DNA of 64,000 bases from Deinococcota bacterium (GTDB lineage: Bacteria; Deinococcota; Deinococci; Deinococcales; Thermaceae), in assembly GCA_041695225.1 (NCBI GenBank), contig JBGFRI010000030.1, forward strand, positions 59,025 through 123,024. The letters are read 5' to 3'. Shown piece by piece: positions 28,066 to 38,500 of the stretch. The translations under genes and the position numbers were made by a program. Under the pieces are notes generated by a model, which had not been told where the DNA came from, made no database searches, and saw nothing but the letters and a program-made list of their open reading frames with translations. The stretch's first letter is position 1, and each line of letters begins with the position of its first letter.

Positions 28066-31000
28066 TTACCACTGCGGCTCCTCTATGCGCCGGACGTAGA
28101 CGAAAGTATCGCGGTTTACCCCGACCGGCCCCCAGTAGTTGAAGGCGTAGGTGAACTGGGCGTAACCACCAGACATCAAGACCGGCTTCAACCGGGCCCG
28201 GGTGATGGAGTTGTTCATTCCGGCCCGCTTGCCGCGCAGAGGAGACTTGGGAATGCTCACGGTGCGCTCGGTGGCGTGGTAGACAAAAACTGTGCCACTG
28301 GGAATGCGGGCCGAGACAATGCAGCGCTGTACGAAGACCCCATTGTCGTTAAACAGCTCCACCCAGTCGTTGTCGCGGATGCCCATCTGCCTGGCATCCT
28401 TGTCATTCAGCCAGACCGGGTAACTGCCGCGCGACAGGGTCATCATCCGGTGGTTGTCGGAGTAGGTGGAATGGATGCTCCACTTGCCGTGGGGGGTGAT
28501 GTAGTTCAGCAGCTTGCCCTGGGCCTCGGCTCTGGTAATCTCGGTCTCTAAGAGCATGGAGTGGTCGGGGCGGGGCTTGTAGGTGGGCAGGTGCTCGCCC
28601 CAGTGCAGGTAGTTGGGGTGGTCTAAGTAAAAGTGCTGCCGCCCCGAAAGGGTGCGCCAGGGGATCAAGCGCTCCACGTTCAGGGTAAAGGGGCTGTAGG
28701 CCCGGCCCTGGTTGATGATGGCGCTCCAGGTGGGGGTGGTGAGCTGGCGGCGGGGCTGGGCCACAATGTCGGCGAAGCTGATCCGGGTGTCGCGCACCGG
28801 CTCTGCCAGGTCGGTGAGCTTTTGGCCGGTCTTCTTTTCCTCGTCTTTGAATGCGCGGTAGGCCAGCTCGCCGTTGGATACCGGGTCGAGGTAGAGAATG
28901 GCTTCGGCAACATGCTGGGCGTCTTCGAGGCTGGGGTAGGTGGCGCCGCCAAACGTACGGCCTTGCTTGTGGCGCAGGTCGTTGTAAAAGTCGGCAGCCT
29001 GGATGGTCAGGCCGTGCATTCCCACGCCGTTTTTCTCTATTGAGTCACCGAGCGAGATCATCTTCTGATAAACCAGCGGGTACTGCCGCTCGACCACCCG
29101 GAACTTGGGCATGGTCTTGCCGGGGATGGGGGCCACCTCGCCTTTCTTCCAGTCGCGGTCGTCGGGCTGGGCCAGCTCGTCAATGGTGTCGTGCTGCAGC
29201 GGGATCATCACCACGTCTTTGACCGGGGCGGCCAGGTGAAGCTGGGCCAGCTCGGAGAACTTTTGCGCCACTGCCTTGAAAATGTCCCAGTCGCTCAGGG
29301 TCTCCCACAAGGGTGGCACCGCAGCCTGCATGGGATTGATGTAGGTATGCAGGTCGGTGGTGTTGATATCGGTTTTTTCGTACCAGGAGGCAGTGGGTAG
29401 CACGATGTCGGAGTAAAGCGCGCTGGTGTCCATGCGGAAGTTGATGTTTACCACCAGGTCGAGCTTGCCCTGAGGGGCCTCTTTGCGGTACCTGACTTCC
29501 GAGACATGCCCGCCCGCCTGCTCGGGGGCCACAGCATTGGTATGGGTACCCAGGTAGTGCTTGAGGAAGTACTCGTGCCCCTTGGAGCTGGTGCCAATGG
29601 CGTTGCCGCGCCAGATGAACCAGGCTCTGGGCCAGTTGCTTGGCGCATCGGGGTCGTCAATGGCGAACTCGAGCTTCCCCTCCTGGAGCTGCTGGACCAC
29701 ATACTGGGTGATCTCCTGATCGGTGCTGGCCCCGGCCTGCTGGGCTTCTCTGGCAACCTCGAGGCTAGACTTGTTGAACTGCGGGAAAAACGGTAGCCAG
29801 CCCTTGCGCACGGCCCGGGCCTGGTGGTCAATGGTATGGTCGGTCTCTTTTGCGGTGGTCTTGTCGTAGTCCTTGTAGCCCCGCTCGTAGCGCCACTGGT
29901 CGGAGTGCACGTAATGGAAGCTGGGGGTGTTCTGCTGGCGGGCCGGGTAGCCCCAGTCCCCCGCAAAGGCAATGGGCCCCCAGCTAGCCTGGTTGGCCAG
30001 CTTCTCCTGCCCCACGTAGTGGGCCAGCCCGCCGCCGTTTACCCCCACTGCCCCGGTGAGCATCAGGGCCACAATGCCGGCGCGGTAGAGCAGGTTGTTG
30101 TGGTACCAGTGGTTGGCCCCAGCCCCGATGATGATCAGGTTTTTGCCGCCGGTTTTCTCGCCGTTCTCGGCCCACTCACGGGCATAGCGGATCAGGGTCT
30201 CGCGGTGGATGCCGGTGTACTGTTCCTGCCAGGCCGGGGTATAGGCCCCTACCTCGTCGTAGCTCTGAGGGTAGTCGCCGCCCAGGCCCCGGTCTACGCC
30301 GAACTGGGCCATCAGCAGGTCAAAAACGGTGGTGACGGCAACCTGCTGCCCATCTTTGGTATTGAGCTTTTTGACCGGTACGCCGCGCCGGGTTTTCTTA
30401 TCCGCCCCAAAGTCGTCGAACTCGAGCCCCACTACCTCGTCCGGGCTGTCACGGAAGCTTAGCAGGGGGCTGATCGCCTCGCCGGTCTTGGCGTCCTTGT
30501 GCTCTAAGTTCCACCTGCCCTTTTCGCTCTGCCAGCGGAAGCCGATGGTGCCACCGGGCATCTTGGGGGAGTTGCTGGTCTCATCCCAGACCAAAAACTT
30601 CCAGTCGCCGTGCTCCTGCTCGGCGTAATTGCTTAGCCGGCTGGCCCGCAGGTACCGGCCCGGTCTGCCGTCTTTCAACTCGACCAGGATCGGGCTGTCG
30701 GTATACCGATTCAGGTAGTCCACAAAGTAGGGAACCTGCTTCAGCAGGTAGAACTCCTTTAAGATCACGTGGTTTACCGACATCCAGAAGGCCCCGTCCT
30801 GGCCGGGGTTAATCGGCAGCCACCAGTCGGCGTACTTGGCCACCTGACTGAAGTCGGGGGAAAAAACCGTGAACTTGGCCCCGGCGTAGCGGCCCTCGGC
30901 GATGTAATGGGTGTCGGGAGTGCGGGTCATGTTGAGGTTCGAGCCCACCACCGCTATAAAGCGGGCGTTGTACCAGTCGGCGGCCTCGTGCACATCGGTC

Positions 31001-31656
31001 TGCTCGCCCCAGATCTCCGGAGAAGCGTTGGGCAGGTCGCAGTACCAGTCATAAAAGCTCATCGGCACTCCGCCCAACAGGCTCAGGAAACGGGAGCCTG
31101 CCGCATAGCTGATCTGCGACATGGCCGGGATGGGGCTAAAGCCGATGATCCGGTCGGGGCCATGCTGCTCGATGGTATGCACCAGCGAGGCCGCGATGAT
31201 CTCCAGCGCTTCGTCCCAGCTAAAACGGCGGTAGCCGCCCTTGCCGCGTGCGCGCTGCCAGCGCCGGCGTTTTTCGGGGTCGTTTACCAGGCTTCTCCAG
31301 GCTTCTACTGGATCGGCGTACTGCTCCCTGGTGGTGCGCCAGAGGTCAATCAAGGCCCCGCGTACATACGGATACTTGACCCGGATGGGGCTGTAAAGAT
31401 ACCAGGAGTAGCTCACCCCGCGCTGACAGCCCCTGGGGGTGATGTCGGGCAGGGCAGGGTCAATGGCTGGGTAGTCGGTGGCCTGGAGCTCCCAGGTTAC
31501 TATCCCGTCCTTAACAAAAACCTCCCAGCTACAAGAGCCGGTGCAGTTGACCCCGTGGGTGGTGCGCACCCGTTTGTCGTGGGCAAAGCGGTTTCTATAA
31601 AACTCCTCCCACTGGCGCTCGCTGGGCGATTCTTGTTCTTTGATCCAGTTGCTCAT
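28066..31656 (-). CDS. narG: Respiratory nitrate reductase alpha subunit
   Basis: Motifs [37 protein letters not shown] and FNYWGP.G.NRD. Confidence 0.97.
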   Translation of the reverse strand: MSNWIKEQESPSERQWEEFYRNRFAHDKRVRTTHGVNCTGSCSWEVFVKDGIVTWELQATDYPAIDPALPDITPRGCQRGVSYSWYLYSPIRVKYPYVRGALIDLWRTTREQYADPVEAWRSLVNDPEKRRRWQRARGKGGYRRFSWDEALEIIAASLVHTIEQHGPDRIIGFSPIPAMSQISYAAGSRFLSLLGGVPMSFYDWYCDLPNASPEIWGEQTDVHEAADWYNARFIAVVGSNLNMTRTPDTHYIAEGRYAGAKFTVFSPDFSQVAKYADWWLPINPGQDGAFWMSVNHVILKEFYLLKQVPYFVDYLNRYTDSPILVELKDGRPGRYLRASRLSNYAEQEHGDWKFLVWDETSNSPKMPGGTIGFRWQSEKGRWNLEHKDAKTGEAISPLLSFRDSPDEVVGLEFDDFGADKKTRRGVPVKKLNTKDGQQVAVTTVFDLLMAQFGVDRGLGGDYPQSYDEVGAYTPAWQEQYTGIHRETLIRYAREWAENGEKTGGKNLIIIGAGANHWYHNNLLYRAGIVALMLTGAVGVNGGGLAHYVGQEKLANQASWGPIAFAGDWGYPARQQNTPSFHYVHSDQWRYERGYKDYDKTTAKETDHTIDHQARAVRKGWLPFFPQFNKSSLEVAREAQQAGASTDQEITQYVVQQLQEGKLEFAIDDPDAPSNWPRAWFIWRGNAIGTSSKGHEYFLKHYLGTHTNAVAPEQAGGHVSEVRYRKEAPQGKLDLVVNINFRMDTSALYSDIVLPTASWYEKTDINTTDLHTYINPMQAAVPPLWETLSDWDIFKAVAQKFSELAQLHLAAPVKDVVMIPLQHDTIDELAQPDDRDWKKGEVAPIPGKTMPKFRVVERQYPLVYQKMISLGDSIEKNGVGMHGLTIQAADFYNDLRHKQGRTFGGATYPSLEDAQHVAEAILYLDPVSNGELAYRAFKDEEKKTGQKLTDLAEPVRDTRISFADIVAQPRRQLTTPTWSAIINQGRAYSPFTLNVERLIPWRTLSGRQHFYLDHPNYLHWGEHLPTYKPRPDHSMLLETEITRAEAQGKLLNYITPHGKWSIHSTYSDNHRMMTLSRGSYPVWLNDKDARQMGIRDNDWVELFNDNGVFVQRCIVSARIPSGTVFVYHATERTVSIPKSPLRGKRAGMNNSITRARLKPVLMSGGYAQFTYAFNYWGPVGVNRDTFVYVRRIEEPQW

Positions 31657-32441
31657 GTCTTCCTCCTACGAATCCGCTCGGCTAAGCCCTGGCGGCGGTT
31701 GATCCAGACCAGGTACATCACCCCAAACAGCACCACCAGCCCAACCAGCCCAGGAAACAACATGCGGGCCGTGTCTACTCGGTTGGGGTTAGCGGGCGGG
31801 CCGGCTGCGGTCTGGGCAAAAAAAGCAGTGAGGGCATCAATTTCCCCCGGCGTAAGCAGTTTGCCCCGGTAGCTCTCACGCATAACCGGAAAGGCCGCCA
31901 CATTGCTCAGAACCCCCCGCACACCAGCCTCTCCCAGGCGGGCGTGCAGCCGGGTCAGATCGGTGCCCAGGTTGCCTCCGTCCATCAGGCCAATGTGGCC
32001 GGCGGTGTGGCAGGCCATGCAGGGCGCGCCGCCTTGCTCGAAGCGTTGCTGACCTATAAACAAGGCCCGGCCTCTGGCTGCCAGAACGGGGTCGGCCGGT
32101 ACTGCGGGAGCGGGCTCGGGCTGTACTATGGGGGGAGGGGGGGGAGGCTCGACTCCGGCCATTATCCGAAGATAGGCTGCAATGGCCCTGGCATCGGCTT
32201 GGCCGACGTGCGGCATGGGGGGCATTGCGACACCAGGAGCAGTAAAGCCCTCGCGAATCACCCGGATTACATGGGCTTCGTCCAGTATTCTGGGGTTGTC
32301 TGGCAAGGGTTTGGTAAACCCAGGAAGACCCTGTCCCCTGGGGCCATGGCAGCCCGCACAGTGCTGTCCAAAGAGCGCTGCTCCGTCTAGAGCCAGAGCC
32401 AGACCCATTAGAGTCGCCAGGCCCACCAACATTTTTTTCAT
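31653..32441 (-). CDS. narC: Diheme cytochrome c subunit of Thermus-type nitrate reductase
   Basis: Signal peptide, CAGCH and CMACH heme motifs, Pro-rich linker, C-terminal TM anchor. Coupled to narG. Confidence 0.88.
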   Translation of the reverse strand: MKKMLVGLATLMGLALALDGAALFGQHCAGCHGPRGQGLPGFTKPLPDNPRILDEAHVIRVIREGFTAPGVAMPPMPHVGQADARAIAAYLRIMAGVEPPPPPPIVQPEPAPAVPADPVLAARGRALFIGQQRFEQGGAPCMACHTAGHIGLMDGGNLGTDLTRLHARLGEAGVRGVLSNVAAFPVMRESYRGKLLTPGEIDALTAFFAQTAAGPPANPNRVDTARMLFPGLVGLVVLFGVMYLVWINRRQGLAERIRRRKT

Positions 32442-32443
32442 GC

Positions 32444-32635
32444 CTACCTCCTCGGTTCTTGATGCCTTTCTAACCAGGACAAAAGCTCATTCAGGCCATA
32501 GAAAGGGTGTTCGACGCCGCTGCGCGCATCCTTAATCCGGCCCTCCCACTGGCCCGTCCCGTCCGGCCATAAGAGCACCAGGTAGACCGGTGTCCTGGCC
32601 GGGGGGAGGTTTCTTTGCACAGGCTCCTGTCCCAT
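32444..32635 (-). CDS. Small (63 aa) hypothetical protein heading the nar operon
   Basis: Protein-like pattern YLVLLW..WEGRIKD..SG.EHPF..L.ELL.WL. Its 3' end supplies the GAGGAGG RBS of narC. Confidence 0.65.
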   Translation of the reverse strand: MGQEPVQRNLPPARTPVYLVLLWPDGTGQWEGRIKDARSGVEHPFYGLNELLSWLERHQEPRR

Positions 32636-32658
32636 GTATCCATAGCTTTCTCCCGGGT

Positions 32659-32676
32659 GCTTACACCCCGCTTACA
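32659..32676. promoter_or_regulatory. Heptamer direct repeat GCTTACA-N4-GCTTACA in the divergent nar/dnr promoter region
   Basis: Exact repeat with an 11-bp period, the geometry of SARP/OmpR-type winged-helix binding sites. Confidence 0.55.
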
Positions 32677-32739
32677 AGGTTGGGACATTTGCACCACCCG
32701 AACCGCCTAAGCTGTTGCTAAAAAAGGTAAGGAGGGTTT

Positions 32740-34818
32740 TTGAATCAGGTTCGCTGGCAAATAGACTCAGACGGTCGGGTTATCGCCTGGGGGGCTAGCG
32801 CGGCTACCTTTTTTCAACTTCCATCCGAACAGGCGCTAGGGAAATCCTGCGGTGAGATAGTACGGGGCACCGATAGCTTTGGGCGCCCCTTGTGTGTGCG
32901 CTGCCCGGTGCAGCGTGAGATCAGGTACGGGGCTTATCAGGCCAGCACGGCCATATCGGTTGGGGGCAGGCGCCTGACCTGCCAGGGCTACGCCAATGAA
33001 AGCATTCATCTCGAGCTCAAGCCCGAAAGTCAGCGAGATAGCAGCGAGGTACTGGCCTCGCTCTCCTGGGCGGTGCGAAAACTTATGAGTGAGCCGGGCC
33101 GCTTCTTTCAGACCTTGCAGGTCTTCCTGGCGGGCATGCGCAAGAGCCTGGAGATGGAAGTCGCCGAGCTGTTTCTGGCCGACCCGCAGGAGCGCTACCT
33201 GGTGCTCACTGCCCACGACGGGGTTCACCGCCAGGCCTTTATGGAACGACCGTGGTTTGCCTGGGGCGAGGGTTACCCAGGGCTGGTAGCCCTAAGGCAC
33301 CAGGTCCTGGTTACCCACGATCTGGCGTCGGATAGCCGCTATCTGCGGCAAAAAGTCAAAAAGCTGGGCTACAAAACCTATGTCTGCTATCCGCTAAAGC
33401 TGCCCCAGGGGCTAATTGGCGTGCTCAATCTGGCCAGCCGCGACCCGGCAGTGGACCACGAAGCCCTGCTGGACCAGCTGACCCTGGTGGGGCCGATGCT
33501 GGCTGCATCGCTCTACACGGTGCTAACCCGGCTGGGCGAGAAGGGCCTGCTCTCGATTACTCAGGCGGTATGGCGGGGCGCCGAGCTCGAGGGTATCGAG
33601 GCCTTTCTCTCGCAGGCCAGGGCCCTTAGCGGGGCTTCGGGTGTGCGGCTGGTACTGCGGGATGGCCGTACCCTGACCCATTCGACAGGCTCAGGGCAGG
33701 CCCATTCGACAGGCTCAGGCTTCGCCCTGAGCGGAGCGAAGGGGCAGGCCCAGGGTCGTTGTGAGGTTCCGGAATGCGAGTATGTGCAGCCTGGTGCACA
33801 GAGCTTGCTCCGTCCCGAGGGGGATCGTCCCCTGTGCCCAGTCTGGCAGGGTAAGGTGCAGGGGGTGAGGATTGGGCTGGAGCCCTGTCCCCTCACCGAG
33901 GCCGGGCGGCCCCGCTACTGTTTACCACTCTGGTCTGGTGGGCAGGTGGTGGGGGTGCAGCAGTTTCATTTTGCCCGGCTACCCCAGCCCCCCAGCCAGG
34001 CGGTTGTGCCCATCTTCTGGCTTCAGCGTCTGGGGGCCGAGGCTCTCTGGCCCCATCCGCACCAACCCGACAGAGTATTACCCTGGATCGAGATTCACAC
34101 CCTGGGCGGCTTACAGGTACGGCGGGCCGGCGAACTCCTGAGCCCCAAAGCCTTCGGACGCCGCCAGAGCCTGACCCTGCTCAAACTGCTTATTGCTCAC
34201 CGGGGCCAGACCCTGGCCAAAGAAGAACTATGCGAGCGCCTGTGGCCAGGAGAAGACCCCAGCGAGACCCAGGGCCGCCTGCATGTCCTCATTCACGGCC
34301 TGCGCCAGGCCCTCGAGGCCGACCCGGCCAAACCGCAGATTGTGCTTCGTGAGGGGGAGGGCTACCGTTTTGCCCCCCAGGTTCAGTATTTTCTGGATGT
34401 GGAGCGCTTCGAAGAGCTTTTGCACCAGGGCGATGGCCTGGAGGGTGCCGCTGCCCTGGAAGCCTACCGCCAGGCCCTGGCCCTGTACAAAGGCGACTTC
34501 CTGGCCGACGAGCCCTATGCCGACTGGGCCGAACTCGAGCGCTCTTATCTGCGTGAGCGGGCGGTGGGGGCGTTGTTTCGCATGGCCACCATAGCCCTGG
34601 GACTGGGGATGCCGCGCGAAGCTCTGGAAGCCTACCGCCGTATCCTGACCCTCGACTCCTGGCGCGAGGAAGCCTACGCCGAACTGATACAGATTTTGGT
34701 GACCCTGGGGCAAGAACCTGAAGCCCGCAGCCTGTTCCAGCAGTACCGGCTTCGGATGGAGCGCGAGGGCTTACCGGTCTCGAGCCAGCTTGCTCAGATG
34801 GCGCGGATTAGCACATGA
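32740..34818 (+). CDS. dnrS: DnrS-like regulator (PAS-like, GAF, winged HTH, BTAD)
   Basis: GAF region (GEGYPG, YVCYPL, GVLNLAS), IHTLGGLQV, LCERLWP, LYKGDFL..EPYADW and WREEAY. Divergent from nar and upstream of a Crp-family gene. Confidence 0.82.
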   Translation: MNQVRWQIDSDGRVIAWGASAATFFQLPSEQALGKSCGEIVRGTDSFGRPLCVRCPVQREIRYGAYQASTAISVGGRRLTCQGYANESIHLELKPESQRDSSEVLASLSWAVRKLMSEPGRFFQTLQVFLAGMRKSLEMEVAELFLADPQERYLVLTAHDGVHRQAFMERPWFAWGEGYPGLVALRHQVLVTHDLASDSRYLRQKVKKLGYKTYVCYPLKLPQGLIGVLNLASRDPAVDHEALLDQLTLVGPMLAASLYTVLTRLGEKGLLSITQAVWRGAELEGIEAFLSQARALSGASGVRLVLRDGRTLTHSTGSGQAHSTGSGFALSGAKGQAQGRCEVPECEYVQPGAQSLLRPEGDRPLCPVWQGKVQGVRIGLEPCPLTEAGRPRYCLPLWSGGQVVGVQQFHFARLPQPPSQAVVPIFWLQRLGAEALWPHPHQPDRVLPWIEIHTLGGLQVRRAGELLSPKAFGRRQSLTLLKLLIAHRGQTLAKEELCERLWPGEDPSETQGRLHVLIHGLRQALEADPAKPQIVLREGEGYRFAPQVQYFLDVERFEELLHQGDGLEGAAALEAYRQALALYKGDFLADEPYADWAELERSYLRERAVGALFRMATIALGLGMPREALEAYRRILTLDSWREEAYAELIQILVTLGQEPEARSLFQQYRLRMEREGLPVSSQLAQMARIST

Positions 34819-35498
34819 GCCAGCAAGTTTTAGACAGTGCTGACATTCTGCGCCGTAGCCCGTTGTTTGAAGAACTGGAGGAGGCCGATCTCCAGGCGCT
34901 GGCCCGGCAAGCGCACCACCGCTGTCTGCCCAAGGGCCAGACCCTGTTTTTGCAAGGCGATCCGGTGCAGTATCTTCATCTGGTTACATCTGGCCTTATC
35001 AAGGTCTATCGCCCCGACCCCAAAGGCCAGAGGCAGGTGGTGCTTCACCTGGAGGGGCCATACCGGCTGGTAGCAGCGGTAGCGCTGTTTCTGGAGAAGC
35101 CACGCTATCCGGCTTCGGCAGAGGCGCTGGAAAACTCGGCCCTGCTAGCCATACCCCGGGAGACCTTTTTCCATCTGGTGGACTCGCGCCCGCCCGTGGC
35201 CCGGGCCATGATCCGCTTTTTAGCCAGGCGGCAGGCTCAGCTGGTGCATCTGCTAGACCGGCTGGTCTTTCACCAGGTTGGGGCAAGGCTGGCGGAGTAT
35301 CTGCTCACGCGTCACCTGGCCGAGGGCGAAGGCTTCCGCCTGCCCACCAACCCCGAGCTAGCCGCCATTCTGGGCAGTGTGCCCGAGCCGGTGAGCCGCA
35401 AGCTGGGGCAGTTTTTCCGCCAGGGCCTGATCGAGATGAAAGAGCGGCGGGTCTGGGTTCGGGACCAGGCCGGGCTACGGGCGCTGGCCGAAAAGTGA
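34815..35498 (+). CDS. dnrT: Crp/Fnr-family regulator (DnrT-like)
   Basis: Motifs LFLQGDP, SGLIKVY, YPASAEALE and an HTH ELAAILGSVPEPVSRKL. ATGA overlap with dnrS. Confidence 0.85.
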   Translation: MSQQVLDSADILRRSPLFEELEEADLQALARQAHHRCLPKGQTLFLQGDPVQYLHLVTSGLIKVYRPDPKGQRQVVLHLEGPYRLVAAVALFLEKPRYPASAEALENSALLAIPRETFFHLVDSRPPVARAMIRFLARRQAQLVHLLDRLVFHQVGARLAEYLLTRHLAEGEGFRLPTNPELAAILGSVPEPVSRKLGQFFRQGLIEMKERRVWVRDQAGLRALAEK

Positions 35499-35607
35499 GT
35501 GCCAGACTGTCTTTCTCAGGCGGGGCGGCAGACCGCAGTGAGCTTTGCGAGACTTTACCTGGCGCCCGGCAAGGTTTCAAGCGCTCATTTTGCCGTCTAC
35601 ACCATGC

Positions 35608-36089
35608 CTACGGGTTTCTTTGCTTCCGCTCCTCGGCCATCTGGACTAGCTGCTCTTTGGTAAACACCCGTCTGCTCATGGCATCGGTTAATTACGTCAA
35701 GCTTCGGCCACTTCATTGTCCAGTCTATAGGCAAAGGTCGCCACTGCGGCCACCTGCATCAACCCCGAGGCCACCAGCACTGGCCGCAGGCTCTCGTTGC
35801 CGCTATAGAGCAGCCAGGGTTCGGCTACCAGCCGCAAGACCAGCCCAGCGTTAAGCAAAACGTAGGTCGCCGCCTCGAGCCCCTCCTGCCGGATCTGCCC
35901 CGGCCTGGGCATCATCCAGAAGGCCACCCCCATCGCCATGCATAAGAAGAAAGCCACCCCCGCGTGCAGGTGGGTGGTCTTGAAGTAAGCGATCAGGCCC
36001 GGCCAGAGATAAAAAGCAGTGCCGGTGAGCACGGCATAGAACAGATAGAACAGACTGCTGCGGACGAAGAGGAACTGATAAAACGACAT
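35608..36089 (-). pseudogene. Membrane protein gene apparently interrupted by a 44-bp insertion
   Basis: Four TM segments with HLHA and W.MPRP motifs. Removing 35683-35726 restores ...TFAY-AMSRRVFTKEQLVQMAEERKQRNP*. Confidence 0.6.
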
Positions 36090-36105
36090 AACCTGTGAAC
36101 CCTTT

Positions 36106-36225
36106 TCAATCGCTGACCAGCTCAAAAGCCTGGTCTGGGCGTAGTCGGTCAGAGAGACTGACAATCCTGGGGTGGCGCTTGTGGGGGGCGATGGTGTGGA
36201 CGTCCAGGGTCTGGCCGATCTGCAT
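36106..36225 (-). pseudogene. Truncated DUF2249-like gene
   Basis: GGAGG RBS then MQIGQTLDVHTIAPHKRHPRIVSLSDRLRPDQAFELVSD*. It stops where the family motif DHDP is expected. Confidence 0.65.
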
Positions 36226-36445
36226 AAGGTTCCTCCAGGTATCAGGTTGCTCCGCAGGAGGGCCTGGTGCCATGACCCAAGTCATGGCGGGAGCTTTAGC
36301 GGTTGCTTAGGCTGGAGCCTAGCCTGGCTGAGTCTCGCGGATAGCCAGGACTAAAGCTGGTGAAACGAGATCCGTCGGGCGCTAGGCTGGGCCTTATGCC
36401 TTCAGAGTCTCGAGCTACCATGGGTAATGACTTACTAGGAGCACC

Positions 36446-36769
36446 ATGACCCAGACCTATGTTTATATCTCCGACCTTGCCGCCGAGGCCCCGGTGCCTC
36501 CCGGTGGCATCCTGAGCCGCACCCTCCACAGCGCGGGTGGCGGCAAAATTGTACTTTTTGCTTTCGATGCCGGGCAGAAACTTTCCGAACATACTGCTTC
36601 ACGTCCGGCCATACTGCATATTCTCTCGGGGCATGGGCGCATAAAACTGGGTGACGATGAACGAGAAGCCAGACCCGGAACCTGGGTCTACATGCCCGCG
36701 GGCCTGGTGCACGCACTACAGACCGAGAGTCCGCTCACCATGCTGCTGACCTTGCTGCCCAAGGAGTAG
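36446..36769 (+). CDS. Cupin domain protein
   Basis: Motifs LFAFDAGQKLSEHT and YMPAGLVHAL. AGGAG RBS. Confidence 0.88.
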   Translation: MTQTYVYISDLAAEAPVPPGGILSRTLHSAGGGKIVLFAFDAGQKLSEHTASRPAILHILSGHGRIKLGDDEREARPGTWVYMPAGLVHALQTESPLTMLLTLLPKE

Positions 36770-36909
36770 GGTTTCGCGCAAGAGTGAGTATTGCCAGAGT
36801 TTCATCAGAAGGGGTAAGACCTGCTTGCAGTATGCTGTCAACCGCTAATTTTCGGCCAGCCCATGAGTGGAATCTTAGCCCTTACTATGAGATGCTCCAG
36901 GCCTCTCCT

Positions 36910-37053
36910 TCGTCGTTGCGAGGAGGCCCCAGGCAGGCGAAGCAATCCAGGAGGGCTCCAGAGCGCTCTGGCCGCCGAGGTGATCTGGATTCCTTCCCCT
37001 TCGGCAAGCTCAGGGCAGGCTCCTTCGGCTACGCCTCAGGGTCGCAAAGACGG
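36910..37053. repeat. REP-like element with a nested CCTGAGCTTGCCGAAGG-family unit
   Basis: CGTCGTTGCGA..GAAGCAATCCAG ... CTGGATTCCTTC [CCCTTCGGCAAGCTCAGGGCAGG] ..TCGCAAAGACG. Confidence 0.75.
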
Positions 37054-37145
37054 TTTCTGTGCGCATTAGCTTGTTTTGGAACTTGAAAAACACCTGTTGA
37101 CAGTGTACTAGTCCTGCGTTGGCGCTAGAATATGGGAGCAAAGTA

Positions 37146-37946
37146 ATGGCTACACAACCCACCGGCGTTCGCGTACCGCTCAAAACCATTGCCCTGCCCA
37201 ACGAGCACGGCGGCTGGGGTTTTACCCTCGAGCCCATCCTGCTGGGCATGCTGATAGCACCGAGCTGGGCCGGGCTAGGCCTGGGGGTTTTTGCGCTGGC
37301 GGCCTTCTTTACCCGTCATCCTCTCAAGCTGTGGTTGGCTGATGTGCGCAAGGGCAGGTCATTCCCGCGCACCCCCGTTGCCCGGAATGTTGCCCTGCTC
37401 TACGCCAGCCTTGGGCTGGCGGGTCTGCTGCTCACCACCCTGATGGCTCAGGGCCTTTTTTGGCTGCCGCTGGTTCTGGTCCTACCGCTAATGGGCTTAC
37501 AGCTCTGGTTCGATGCCCACAACCAGGGGCGCAATCTGCTGCCCGAGATTGCGGGCGCTGTGGCGATGGGAGCAGTAGCGGCGGGAATCGCTCTGGCAGC
37601 AGGGATGAGCACCCCAATAGCTTTTGGGCTATGGCTGGTACTGGCCACACGCTCTCTGGCAGCGATCTACTATGCACGGGCCCAGGTTCGCCGGGCCAGG
37701 GGAGAGCCGGTAAGGGTGTCAACGGTCTACTTGGTGGCGACGCTGGCCACTGCGGGGCTGGCGCTTGGGGCCTGGCTAGATCTGGCGCCCTGGCTAAGTG
37801 TAGCTGCGCTGGCTACCCTGTTTCCGCTATCGCTGTATACCTTCCGCAAGCCCCCACAGCCCGCTAAAGTGGTGGGCTGGACGCAGATGGCCCTGGGGCT
37901 TCTGGTGGTGTTGGCCACGGTGCTGGGCACCAAAGCTGGCTGGTAA
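37146..37946 (+). CDS. YwiC-like membrane protein
   Basis: N-terminal LPNEHGGWG motif and many TM segments. Adjacent to the nitrate cluster. Confidence 0.8.
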   Translation: MATQPTGVRVPLKTIALPNEHGGWGFTLEPILLGMLIAPSWAGLGLGVFALAAFFTRHPLKLWLADVRKGRSFPRTPVARNVALLYASLGLAGLLLTTLMAQGLFWLPLVLVLPLMGLQLWFDAHNQGRNLLPEIAGAVAMGAVAAGIALAAGMSTPIAFGLWLVLATRSLAAIYYARAQVRRARGEPVRVSTVYLVATLATAGLALGAWLDLAPWLSVAALATLFPLSLYTFRKPPQPAKVVGWTQMALGLLVVLATVLGTKAGW

Positions 37947-38047
37947 AGCAAAATTGTCAAATACTTCCCCTGGGTCGCCAGGTGAGGGGGCTTTAGAGAG
38001 CAGACCACACCAGACGATCTGCATCGGGCAGGCACAACCCCAGTGTT

Positions 38048-38500
38048 TCAGTGCAAAGGCTGGCTGGCGGCTGGCCCCGGCTGGACAGAAAACAGCCTGC
38101 GGTTTTCGGGCCAGAACAACCAGACCAGCCCCAGAAAGGGCTGAACCAGGGGCATAAAGCCATAATCAATACCAAAGCTGTGCCAGACTGTGCGACCAAT
38201 TACCTCGGGCATGATAATACTCAGTGTGCCCACCACCAGTACCCCGGCCATCTCGAAGGATAGGGCCGCCACCGAGACCCACCAGGCCCAGGGTTTGCGT
38301 ATTACGAAAGCTACCGTTGCCACTAGATAAACCCCTGCGGCCACCGCCGAGAGCGCCGGGGCAAAAAAATCGGTTACGCCAGGCTTGAAAAAAAGCTGAT
38401 AAATTGAGCGAGCCCCCGCCGAGACGGCCAGCAGGGGATAGGAAACCGCCAGAATTTGCCCAATGACCCGCATCGCAGTAGGCGTCAAAAGTCTCTGCAT
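38048..38500 (-). CDS. Hypothetical four-TM membrane protein
   Basis: Hydrophobic ORF with TVWHSFG.DYGFMPLVQP. TAGACT lies 7 nt before the ATG. Confidence 0.7.
   Translation of the reverse strand: MQRLLTPTAMRVIGQILAVSYPLLAVSAGARSIYQLFFKPGVTDFFAPALSAVAAGVYLVATVAFVIRKPWAWWVSVAALSFEMAGVLVVGTLSIIMPEVIGRTVWHSFGIDYGFMPLVQPFLGLVWLFWPENRRLFSVQPGPAASQPLH

Noticed and set aside
37097..37131. TTGACA...TAGAAT promoter for the YwiC-like gene
   Set aside because: The 23-bp spacing is too long for one sigma70 promoter.
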